Positions 26,619 through 35,012 are shown, counted from the first letter of the stretch. The stretch is DNA of 64,000 nt from Acidobacteriota bacterium (GCA_021812285.1 JAKAOH010000003.1:1863-65862), one strand, 5' to 3'. A program made the numbers and translations. Notes: a model not told the origin generated them from the letters alone.

Positions 26619-29600
26619 ATGGCTTCTGAACCGCAAAAGACGATCGGCAAATACGAGATCATCACCGAGCTCGGCCGCGGGGCGATGGGCGAGGTGTACA
26701 AGGCGCGCGACCCGTTGATCGGGCGCATGGTTGCGCTCAAGGTCATCACGAGCGGCCTGGCCGGCAAACCGGAACTGCTCGAGCGGTTCTATCAGGAAGC
26801 CCGTTCGGCCGGAGCGCTGCAGCATCCGAATATCGTCACGGTTTACGAGCTCGGCAAGGAAGGCGATCTGCCGTTCATCGCGATGGAATATCTGGGCGGA
26901 GACAGCCTGGAAAAGATCATCGCGCGGCAGGCGCCGATGCCGCTGGCGAAGAAGGTCGGCTACGTGGTGCAGATTTGCCGCGCTCTCGAATACGCGCACA
27001 AGCACGGCGTGGTGCATCGCGACGTCAAGCCCGCCAACATCATGCTGAATTCCGAAGGCCAGGTGAAGGTGGTGGACTTCGGAATCGCGCGGCTGGTGGA
27101 TGCTTCGAAGACGCAGACCGGGACGCTTATCGGCACGCTCGGCTACATGTCGCCGCAGCAATTGCGCGGCGAGCACGCCGACGAGCGGTCGGACATCTGG
27201 GCGGTTGGCGTGCTGTTCTACGAACTGCTGGCCAGCCAGCGGCCGTTTCAGGGCGATAACCCCGCCGCGCTGATGATGAGCATCATTTCCAAGGAACCGC
27301 CGGCGCTGGCCGAATTGGCGCCCGATTGCACGAGCGACGTTGAGGCGATCGTCTCCCGCATGTTGCAGAAGGACGCCTTGGCGCGTTACCAGTCCATGGA
27401 CGAGGCGCTGCTCGACCTCGATTCCGCCTGGAAGCGCCTCCAGCAGGCGCGCGTGAGCGATCTGGTGCAGGAAAGCCAGCGGCTTTTCGAGGCAAACGAT
27501 CTGAAGCGGGCGCAGGAACTTCTCCGCGAAGCGCTCCATGCCGATAGCTCGCGCTGGGAAGCGAAGACGCTGCTGGAAACCGTCAGCCGCGAGCTGCGCC
27601 GCCAGCAACTGCTGCCACGAGTGAAGGAGCAGGTGGCGAAGGCGCAAGGGCTGCTCGATGCGGGACAGCTCCAGGAAGCAAAAAGCGAGGTGCAGGCCGC
27701 GCTGCAGCTCGATTCCACCTATTCGCCGGCGCAGGAACTGCTTTCGAGCGTCGAGGAAGCGGTCGAGCGCGTCCGCGAAATGGATAAGAAACTGCGCGTC
27801 TCGAAGCAGCGGATCGCGGAAGGCGCGCTGACCGACGCCGAAAAACAGTTGGGCGAAGTGCTCACGCTCGATCCTTACAACAACCAGGCGCAGCAATTGC
27901 TCCGGCAGGTGCGGGACGAGGTTTCGCGCCGCGAGAAACGCAAGCAGGCGTCGGAGGGCGTGCAGCACGCCCGCGATTTGTGGTCGCGGCAGCAATACCG
28001 GGAGTGCATCGCCGAGCTGACCGGATTGCAGGCGGAATTCCCGGGCGATACGGATATCGCGAAGCTTCTGGATACGGCGCGGCGCGACGAAGCGGAACAG
28101 GAAAAGCAGAAGAAACTGAGCGAAGCCCGGAACTTGCTGGCGAACCAGCAATACGAGGCCGCGCGGACCGCGCTATCCGCGCTGGAAAAGGATTTCCCCC
28201 AGGATACCGCCGTTCTCAATCTGCTCCATCTCGCCGAGGACGAGAAAAGCGTCGAGGAACGCAAGCAGCGGCTGCGGGGCGAAATCGCTTCGCTGCGGAC
28301 GCTGGTCAACGAGGGCAAGCACGCCGAGGCCGGCCGCCGCGGCGAAGCCATGCTCAAGGAGTTTCCGGGCGAATTCGAGCTCGAAGAGCTCGTGAAATTC
28401 GCGCAGGCCGAGGCGAAGCGCGGCGAGCAGGCGAAGCACCTGGAAGAGGGCATCCGCCGGGCGCGGAAGTTCGCCGAAGAAGGCGGCTACGGCGACGCCA
28501 TCCGCACCGCCGAAAAGCTCCTGAAAGATTTCCCCGGCAACGCCGATCTGCTGGCGCTGTGCAGTGACGCTCGTGAAAAGCAAAAAGAGAAGGAGCGCCG
28601 CAGGCAGATCGAGCTGCGCATTCGCGAGGTGCGAGTCAAGCTCGACCGCAAGGACGTGACCGGGGCCATCGAGCTGGCGCAGGAAACCATCGCCGCGCTC
28701 GGCCCCGACACCGACATTGGCCAACTGCTCGAGGCGGCCAGCCGCGAGCGGAAAGAACGCGAGCGGGAAAAAGAACAGGAGCAAAAGTTTGTCGACGCGC
28801 GAACGCTGCTCGCCGGCGGCCAGGTGGATGAAGCCGCCGCGGTGGTGAACGACGGCGTCGAGACCCAACTTCTCGATGCAAGCGATCCACGGGTGAAATC
28901 GCTGCTCGAGGAAGTGGAAAAGAAGAAGAGTAGCGGGGCCGTGCCGGTTGCCAGCGTTCCCGTGGTCGAGCCGCCCGCTCCCGCCGCTCCCGTGACGCCG
29001 GAGCCGCCAACGGCGGAAGTCGCAGCGGCCTCGTCCGCGCCTGTCGAGCCTGCGCAGCCCGCGCCACCGAGCGCCAAACCTCCGGCTGGCGCGCCTGAAC
29101 CGGCAAAGCCCGAAGCCAAAGCGGCCGCACCAGCTCCGGCGAAGCCGGAATCGAAGCCCGAACCCAAACCCGCGCAGAAAGCGCAGCCGGCGGGGAAACC
29201 CGAGCCAACGAAGAAAGCCGAGCCGGCCAAGCCCAAACAAGCGGCGGCTCGCGTGGCGGAAGAAGGCAAGAAGGAAACAAAAGCCGCGCCCGCGCCAGCC
29301 GAAACCAAAACGAAGGCAACGGCAAGTCCCGTGCCCGCGCAGCCGTCGCGCAGCAAAGCGCCATGGATTGCGGCTACAGTCGTCGCCATCGCCGCGGCAG
29401 CCGGAGCTGCGTACTACTTCTCAACGCGTCCATCATCGCCTTCGGTCGCGACTGCGCCGCAATCGGCCGCGGAAACTCCCACGACGCCTGCCGCTTCTGC
29501 CGCTGCGCCAGCCGCTCCGGTGAATTCGATCGAACGGCAGCAACGCGCGCTGATGGATCAGGCGCAACAGCTCGTTGGACAGGGAAAATTCAGCGATGCG

Positions 29601-30653
29601 CTCAAGCAAGCTGACGGCGCGATCGCGCTCAATGGCCCGCTCACGGCGGATGCGCGGAACTTGCGTGCGGAAATCGTGAAGGCGCAGAGCAACAAGGCCG
29701 CGCAGGCGTCGCTGGAAAAGGAAGGCCGCGTCTGGACGCAGGCGATGGCCGCCTACCGGAGCGACCGGCTCGACGCGGCCGAGCGCGATTTCCGTCAAGT
29801 GGCGGGAATGACGGGAAGCTCCCATCAGGCGGAAGCGCAAAATTACGTGAATACGGTGATTCCGCAGGCGCGGAAATCCGACGCGCTGTTCCGGCAGGCG
29901 CAATCGCTCGCGCGGCAGAGGAACAATCCGAGCAGCCTACAGCAGGCGAATCAGGATTTGCAGCAAGTGATCGCGAGTGGAGGGCCGCGCGCACGCGATG
30001 CGGCGCGGCTGGAATCGAGTCTGTCGTCGCAGCTCGGCGCGGCCGATCAGTTGAAGGCGCTCGTCGCGGAATATAACGCTGGCACCGACCAGATGAGCGA
30101 CCTGGTGAAATTGCAGGCGCAGTTCCGCGCGCTCGAGCGGTATGGCGGTTCGGTGGGGCATAGCGCGTATCTTTACGCCGAGCGGCGAATTCCGCAGGAG
30201 ATGAAGGAACTTCAGAGCACGGAAGCTGCGTCCACGCCGGCGGCTTCCGGGGCGGCCGCGGCCGGCGGCGCGCCGCAACAACAATCGGCCGCGCCCACGC
30301 AGCGGCTGCTTTGGGCGGTGGAAGTGGACGCGAACGCGGCTCCCGCGCACTGGCAGGGGTCGCTCACGCCGGGTCAGATGGTCGGCGCGCAATATGTGGA
30401 TGGCGGCATGCGGGTTGTGAGCCATCCGCTGCCGGCTGCCGTAGTGGCCGCGGCAGCGGCGAAAAACAGCCAATTTGAATTGCAATTCACCGTGAACCAG
30501 CAGGGGCGCGTCACCGGCGGCAGCGTGCTTTCGGGGAACGCGAGCCTGGGTCAAGCCTTGTTGAGCGAAGCGGAAAAGGGCTGGCGTTTCAACGCGCCAA
30601 CGGTGGATGGCAAGCCTGTCGAGACGCAAGTCCGCGTCTCCGTGCAGTTCTAG
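26619..30653 (+). CDS. transmembrane Ser/Thr protein kinase with helical repeats, a P/A/K-rich linker and a C-terminal TonB_C-like domain
   Basis: Hanks kinase motifs (GRGAMGEVYKA, HRDVKPANIML, DFG, GTLGYMSPQ). Single TM helix WIAATVVAIAAAAGAAYYF. The C-terminus VTGGSVLSGNASLGQALLSEAEKGWRFNAPTVDGKPVETQVRVSVQF matches the TonB C-terminal pattern. Confidence 0.9.
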   Translation: MASEPQKTIGKYEIITELGRGAMGEVYKARDPLIGRMVALKVITSGLAGKPELLERFYQEARSAGALQHPNIVTVYELGKEGDLPFIAMEYLGGDSLEKIIARQAPMPLAKKVGYVVQICRALEYAHKHGVVHRDVKPANIMLNSEGQVKVVDFGIARLVDASKTQTGTLIGTLGYMSPQQLRGEHADERSDIWAVGVLFYELLASQRPFQGDNPAALMMSIISKEPPALAELAPDCTSDVEAIVSRMLQKDALARYQSMDEALLDLDSAWKRLQQARVSDLVQESQRLFEANDLKRAQELLREALHADSSRWEAKTLLETVSRELRRQQLLPRVKEQVAKAQGLLDAGQLQEAKSEVQAALQLDSTYSPAQELLSSVEEAVERVREMDKKLRVSKQRIAEGALTDAEKQLGEVLTLDPYNNQAQQLLRQVRDEVSRREKRKQASEGVQHARDLWSRQQYRECIAELTGLQAEFPGDTDIAKLLDTARRDEAEQEKQKKLSEARNLLANQQYEAARTALSALEKDFPQDTAVLNLLHLAEDEKSVEERKQRLRGEIASLRTLVNEGKHAEAGRRGEAMLKEFPGEFELEELVKFAQAEAKRGEQAKHLEEGIRRARKFAEEGGYGDAIRTAEKLLKDFPGNADLLALCSDAREKQKEKERRRQIELRIREVRVKLDRKDVTGAIELAQETIAALGPDTDIGQLLEAASRERKEREREKEQEQKFVDARTLLAGGQVDEAAAVVNDGVETQLLDASDPRVKSLLEEVEKKKSSGAVPVASVPVVEPPAPAAPVTPEPPTAEVAAASSAPVEPAQPAPPSAKPPAGAPEPAKPEAKAAAPAPAKPESKPEPKPAQKAQPAGKPEPTKKAEPAKPKQAAARVAEEGKKETKAAPAPAETKTKATASPVPAQPSRSKAPWIAATVVAIAAAAGAAYYFSTRPSSPSVATAPQSAAETPTTPAASAAAPAAPVNSIERQQRALMDQAQQLVGQGKFSDALKQADGAIALNGPLTADARNLRAEIVKAQSNKAAQASLEKEGRVWTQAMAAYRSDRLDAAERDFRQVAGMTGSSHQAEAQNYVNTVIPQARKSDALFRQAQSLARQRNNPSSLQQANQDLQQVIASGGPRARDAARLESSLSSQLGAADQLKALVAEYNAGTDQMSDLVKLQAQFRALERYGGSVGHSAYLYAERRIPQEMKELQSTEAASTPAASGAAAAGGAPQQQSAAPTQRLLWAVEVDANAAPAHWQGSLTPGQMVGAQYVDGGMRVVSHPLPAAVVAAAAAKNSQFELQFTVNQQGRVTGGSVLSGNASLGQALLSEAEKGWRFNAPTVDGKPVETQVRVSVQF

Positions 30654-30708
30654 CAAGTTCCCGCGCGCCGCGCGAAGGGAATTGAACCCCTCACAGGATG
30701 GATTTTAA

Positions 30709-32310
30709 CTACCGCACGCGAAGCAGGACGACTCCGTGTGCGGGAACGGTGGCCGTGTAGCTCGGCTCCGAGACGCGGACGTAGGCGTGCTTCCACAGGT
30801 CGCGCGCGCGCAGTTTCTTCCCGGTGACGCCGGCTGCGTGCCAATTCACGGTGATGCTCTGCGGATGGTCGGCAAGATTGAACAGGCCGACCGCGTGCGA
30901 GCCGTCGGCGAGGGGTCGCGTCAAGATGAGCTCGGTGGATTGGGAAGGCGAGATTCTCTTCACCGGACTTCCCGCCGGGTCCTGGTCAATGGCGATGACA
31001 TCGCGGTTGGTGAGGATGGCCGTGGTGGCGGGCGACATGGTGCGCAGATCGTTGCCCGCAATCAGCGGCGCGGCGAGCATGGACCACAAACTGAATTGCA
31101 CGCGGTCTTCCTCGTTCGTCATGCCGCCGTTGCCGATTTCGAGCATGTCGGCATCGTTCCAATGCCCGGGCCCCGCGTATTTCGCGATGGGGAGTTGCGC
31201 GAGAGCATTTCGGATCATGGAATTCCAGTTGTCTTCGATGTCCCCGGTGGTGCGCCAGAGGTTCCCGCCGACTTTGGGGCCCCAGGTCCAGACGTGGTCC
31301 CAGCCGTATTCGCAGAGACTGAATACGATCGGCCGGCCGGTTTTGCGGAGCGCGTCGCCCATCTCCTGATAGACCGCGCGCATCTGGTGCACGGTGGGGT
31401 AACCGTGGACTTTGGGACCAGGGTAAATTTCACTGGCGCTGCACCAATCGTATTTCAGGTAATCCACACCCCACTTGGCGTAGGTATCGGCGTCCTGCTG
31501 CACGTGGGCGTAAGTGCCGGTATATCCGGCGCAGGTTTTGGGGCCCGGCGAGGAATAGATTCCGAATTTCAAGCCCAGGGAATGAACGTACTCGGCGAGC
31601 GCTTTCATGCTGGGGAACTTGCGGTTGCTCGTGATATTGCCGTGGGCGTCGCGCGGGCCTTCCCAGGTATCGTCGATGTTGACGTAAGTGTAGCCGGCGG
31701 CTTTCATGCCGCTCGTCACCATGGCCTTGGCCATTCCGCGAACGTCCTGTTCATCGACCTTTCCCGCGAACTTGTTCCAACTGTTCCAGCCCATCGGCGG
31801 AGTGCGCGCCAAGCCGTTGTAGGGCACGTCGTGCAGCGCCGGCAAAGGAAGCCGAGGAGGGGGAAGCAGAGCTTTCGCGCTGGTCCGCTCGGCGACGAAC
31901 GTGCGGGACGGGCGACCGGGAAACGGCGGAGCAGTCAGGTAGAGCTTGCCATCCTTCACGGTTCCGTTCCAGGAGGACTGCCTGGTCCGCGGCGGCCGGC
32001 CGAAGGTCACGACGAAGTGCAGCTTGCCATCCTGCAAGCTGCCCTCGCTGATCGGGATGCCGCGGCCGGGGCCGAACAGCATGCGTCCGGTGACTGCTTC
32101 GCCGACTTGTTTCAAGTTGAAGTAGAACTTGCGGACGTTGCCATCGGGCGTCGCAATCTTGATCACCCACACCCCAGTGATGTTGGTTTGCGCGGGAGGA
32201 GGGGGCGTCGCAGCCGACGCGAAAGCCAACGCAACAGGAACCAGGAGGGCAGCAAGCAGAGTTTTGACCAGCAACGAACCCACTCGTCGAACAGTCTGTG
32301 AAGGTTTCAT
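30709..32310 (-). CDS. alpha-galactosidase (GH27) with signal peptide and an extra N-terminal domain
   Basis: PPMGWNSWNKF, YVNIDDTW and VDYLKYDWC are GH27 hallmarks; 533 aa; signal-like N-terminus. Confidence 0.88.
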   Translation of the reverse strand: MKPSQTVRRVGSLLVKTLLAALLVPVALAFASAATPPPPAQTNITGVWVIKIATPDGNVRKFYFNLKQVGEAVTGRMLFGPGRGIPISEGSLQDGKLHFVVTFGRPPRTRQSSWNGTVKDGKLYLTAPPFPGRPSRTFVAERTSAKALLPPPRLPLPALHDVPYNGLARTPPMGWNSWNKFAGKVDEQDVRGMAKAMVTSGMKAAGYTYVNIDDTWEGPRDAHGNITSNRKFPSMKALAEYVHSLGLKFGIYSSPGPKTCAGYTGTYAHVQQDADTYAKWGVDYLKYDWCSASEIYPGPKVHGYPTVHQMRAVYQEMGDALRKTGRPIVFSLCEYGWDHVWTWGPKVGGNLWRTTGDIEDNWNSMIRNALAQLPIAKYAGPGHWNDADMLEIGNGGMTNEEDRVQFSLWSMLAAPLIAGNDLRTMSPATTAILTNRDVIAIDQDPAGSPVKRISPSQSTELILTRPLADGSHAVGLFNLADHPQSITVNWHAAGVTGKKLRARDLWKHAYVRVSEPSYTATVPAHGVVLLRVR

Positions 32311-32820
32311 GGCAAGCTCCGGGTCACTATCGTAATCGGTTTCCCATTTCGCCGCTCAAAAATCTCGAAATGTTTTCTCCCCGTTCGGACGTTCCAGCGG
32401 CGGGCAGGGGCGCGCGAGGCAGCGTTCTGCGCGTTGACCGGCATCACACCGTAACAGTTCACTGACTGCTGCGCCAACTTTCATCCGCAGCGGGCTGGCG
32501 TGGGGGCCAGCGATGCGGTAGTCGTTGTCATAGGCTGCCGTCAGCGAGGGCGGGCAGACTGGCTATTGTGCGGGGGTTGGGCGCATCCTGCGCAAACAAC
32601 CGCCCGCCCTTGGCTGCGTTCTGAGTTGCTGGCGATTTTCCGCCTCGTCGCTGCCATCTGTTATTGGCATCACACCGTAGCCGGCTCGGGCTGGCCATCA
32701 CTCTGTTTGAGCCGGTCCACAGGCAGCTGACCAGTCATGGCTCTGGTGTGGCTGCCGCCAAGCCAAGGGCACCGGGTTGGAGGCTCCTGAACGCAAGCAG
32801 CCTACGCCCTTGGCCCCGGT

Positions 32821-33648
32821 TCACTTGTGTTGACTAGGAGCCTGTCTGGATGCGGCGCCCCTCACATCTTGGATCAATTTCTTGATGGCCTTGCGGCCCA
32901 AACTTCTGATCTCCCCGTCGGTCTGGAAGAAATTTACGCCAATTAGAAAAACTTCGTATCGTCCATCCCCTGGCCTCTGGGGGTAATAGTAAACTGACCA
33001 CAGCCCGCCGCCGCTGAATCCCCAATATTTGTCGATGGGGCTGTTCGAGTCGGGGTACGGGACAGACTTATGAAAATCTAATCCGTCATGTACAGCCTCG
33101 TCCACCACGGTCTCCGTAAACACAGCCCTCAGTTCGCATGAGAGGGTGTTGATTTGCGTGGGATCCGCTCGGGCCAATACTCCCGGGCAGCCAACAATGA
33201 CGTGGTCGCCTATCGGCCCCGTCCCCTCTCGCTCTAGCTGGAAAAATGAGAGCCGGGTCTCCATCAACCGGTAATCGGTAGGGTGAAGCTCCAGGAGGGT
33301 GAGGTCGGCGCAAAATGGCTCCGGTTCCTCTTTGACGTTGTCATCCAGCGAATATGGAGTCAATGACGCTGTTTGCAGGCCTTTTGCGTGAGGGATGCCT
33401 GCAATTGCGGAGCAATAGACGACTTGGGAACCCCTCAGCGCCGCCCAGACGTGAGTTGCAGTTAGGATGAAGCGCCTGTCATCAAACTTAACCAAGGAGC
33501 CTGAGGCGATAGGGCGAACTCTGCCCGGCCCAAATTCATCCGGTAAGAGCAGTGCGACGGAGTGCTTCGAGATAAAATTCCCGACCGAGTTCTGCGTTTC
33601 GGCATCTCTTCCTTGCGGGATGAAGGGTGTGTGTACTTCTTCGGCCAC
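32821..33648 (-). CDS. cytoplasmic trypsin/chymotrypsin-fold serine protease (no signal peptide)
   Basis: GTG start 10 nt after AAAGGAG. Candidate triad His66 (LTATHV), Asp115 (CADLTLLEL) and Ser212 (GFSGGGLW), with S1-like spacing. Hydrophilic N-terminus. A/T-richer codon usage than the neighbours. Confidence 0.7.
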   Translation of the reverse strand: MAEEVHTPFIPQGRDAETQNSVGNFISKHSVALLLPDEFGPGRVRPIASGSLVKFDDRRFILTATHVWAALRGSQVVYCSAIAGIPHAKGLQTASLTPYSLDDNVKEEPEPFCADLTLLELHPTDYRLMETRLSFFQLEREGTGPIGDHVIVGCPGVLARADPTQINTLSCELRAVFTETVVDEAVHDGLDFHKSVPYPDSNSPIDKYWGFSGGGLWSVYYYPQRPGDGRYEVFLIGVNFFQTDGEIRSLGRKAIKKLIQDVRGAASRQAPSQHK

Positions 33649-33998
33649 GGGCGTTCCCCGCTCCTTTGTTGAAGCCCGTATTCTTGCAAGGGAGAGGCGG
33701 CACGTCTAGAAAATTCCACTGCGGAGCGCTACCAGAGGCGCCTGCTCCTGCGATCCTGGGCGATTCAGGGGCTGGCATGATGGGCAGATAGCCTCGTAGC
33801 CTCCTGCTCGCCACCGCCGGACCCGTTGCGAGAATCCGACATGCTTGACGGCGCGCTTGCCCGATTTCTGGAACTCCCATTGTCAGAAGAGAGGAATCAA
33901 GGCGGCCACACCATTGCCGGATGTCGACGTCAACCGTGCGCTCGGAGTGCCCTCAGAGCGAACCATCAGGACGGGGCCGTAGGAACAATTTCTGAATG

Positions 33999-34034
33999 CC
34001 GCATTTTCATTGGGGATTTGACGGGCTCCCCAGG
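33999..34034. repeat. degenerate copy of the tRNA-Lys 3' end plus flank (left direct repeat, att-like)
   Basis: CCGCATTTTCATTGGGGATTTGACGGGCTCCCCAGG aligns without gaps at 29/36 positions to 34849-34884. Confidence 0.7.
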
Positions 34035-34052
34035 CCGCCGCCGGGGGCCAGG

Positions 34053-34367
34053 TCAAGTCTGAAGCAAAATTCGCGGATTCTTTTTCGCGATCATGAGAAG
34101 ACGCAGCGCCGTAGTCTGCGGGCGGCGCGACCCTTGCTCCCAGCTCTGTACGGCCTTTGGGCTGACGCATAGAAAGCGGGCGAACGCGGCCTGACTCGCG
34201 TGGACGCTCTCCCGAATCTGCCGAATCTCTTCGGGCCTCATCGGCTTTGGCGGCTCCGGAAACTTGGCAACGCGCAAATCGACCGCCTCGCCGCGTTCGT
34301 AAGCCTTCGCGTCCGCGAGCGCTTCCCGCAGATCGTCGAATACCTTCACCTTGATTCTTTTTGTCAT
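34053..34367 (-). CDS. HTH (XRE-type) antitoxin, HigA-2/NadS-like
   Basis: 104 aa with HTH ASQAAFARFLCVSPKAVQSWEQGSRRP. It lies 8 nt downstream of the toxin gene, in the toxin-first order typical of hig-type modules. Confidence 0.8.
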   Translation of the reverse strand: MTKRIKVKVFDDLREALADAKAYERGEAVDLRVAKFPEPPKPMRPEEIRQIRESVHASQAAFARFLCVSPKAVQSWEQGSRRPQTTALRLLMIAKKNPRILLQT

Positions 34368-34375
34368 CTTTCCCC

Positions 34376-34705
34376 CTACAAATCCCTTGCCATACGACGA
34401 AGGATTTTTCGCTGTTCCGTGGTCAAATCTTCCTGTTCGTCCTTGTCGAGGATAAGCAACAGGTGAATGTGAGTCCGGTGCGCGAGGTAAATGTACAGGT
34501 AGCGGTATCCTCCGCGCTTTCCTTTTCCGCGTGCCGGATTGGAGGCTCTGGCCTTCCGTATCCCGCCCAACCCTTTCACCAGTTTTCCGCGTTCCGGATT
34601 TTCGACCAGATCGTCCTGAATCCGGCGCAGAACGACATCGCCTCCGGGGTTCCCGGCTAACCCCAGCAGCCTCCGCGTGAACGGGCGAGACTCGATAAAT
34701 ACCAC
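34376..34705 (-). CDS. RelE/HigB-2-type (DUF1044-like) mRNA interferase toxin
   Basis: 109 aa with GGIRKARASNPARGKGKRGGYRYLYIYLAHRTHIHLLLILDKDEQEDLT, matching the conserved core of this toxin family; GTG start. Confidence 0.8.
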   Translation of the reverse strand: MVFIESRPFTRRLLGLAGNPGGDVVLRRIQDDLVENPERGKLVKGLGGIRKARASNPARGKGKRGGYRYLYIYLAHRTHIHLLLILDKDEQEDLTTEQRKILRRMARDL

Positions 34706-34712
34706 ATTGTAG

Positions 34713-34742
34713 GATATACTACGCTGTAGTATGTGGAGTCAA
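34713..34742 (-). promoter_or_regulatory. candidate promoter/operator of the TA module (possibly leaderless)
   Basis: On the minus strand: TTGACT, 18 nt, TATATC, 7 nt, then the GTG start codon. The spacer contains the palindrome ATACTAC-AGC-GTAGTAT (34716-34732). Confidence 0.45.
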
Positions 34743-34848
34743 GGACTTCCGTTTGAGAAACATCCGTTTGTTGACGCCCCGAAAATGGTGCGCGAATAGT
34801 GCAAGAAAACTGGGCAACACTCACCGACCGGCACTATTCTTCAGGTCA

Positions 34849-34884
34849 CCGCATTCTCATTGAGGATTTGGTGAGCCGCCCAGG
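34849..34884. repeat. right direct repeat: 20 nt of flank plus the last 16 nt of tRNA-Lys
   Basis: CCGCATTCTCATTGAGGATTTGGTGAGCCGCCCAGG; partner of 33999-34034. Confidence 0.7.
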
Positions 34885-34943
34885 ACTCGAACCTGGAACC
34901 CGCAGATTAAGAGTCTGCTGCTCTACCATTGAGCTAGCGGCCC
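34869..34943 (-). tRNA. tRNA-Lys (anticodon CTT), CCA encoded
   Basis: The reverse complement reads GGGCCGCTAGCTCAATGGTAGAGCAGCAGACTCTTAATCTGCGGGTTCCAGGTTCGAGTCCTGGGCGGCTCACCA. The acceptor stem has one G-U pair and the anticodon loop is CTCTTAA. Confidence 0.9.
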
Positions 34944-35012
34944 AGCAACGAACGGTGCAATAAGTCTAGCGGAAGCCTGTTCGGCTCGCAACGCGCCGCG
35001 CGAGCCGGCGAT

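Noticed and set aside
30660-30710. T-loop-like motif (reverse complement GAGGGGTTCAATTCCCTTCGCGCGG) between the kinase and the alpha-galactosidase, considered as a tRNA fragment or att relic.
   Set aside because: No D-arm or anticodon arm can be folded, the acceptor pairing is incomplete, and part of it overlaps the alpha-galactosidase 3' codons. It is probably a chance match.
32500-32730. 76-aa ORF in the non-coding stretch downstream of the protease gene.
   Set aside because: It has no RBS and no motif, and its composition is indistinguishable from the other frames.
33650-34052. Small ORFs (33536..33880 -, 33826..34062 +, 33883..34170 -) in the spacer between the antitoxin and the protease, considered as a third component.
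   Set aside because: All of them overlap the real genes out of frame, or lack start context and coding bias. None has a recognisable fold signature. A small RNA or peptide here cannot be excluded without data.
32340-34868. Search for an integrase or recombinase, or a third copy of the tRNA-Lys-derived repeat that would bound a larger island including the protease.
   Set aside because: There is no integrase-like ORF in any frame. I found no further copy of the CATTGxGGATTTG core left of 33999. The island boundary on the protease side therefore remains undefined.
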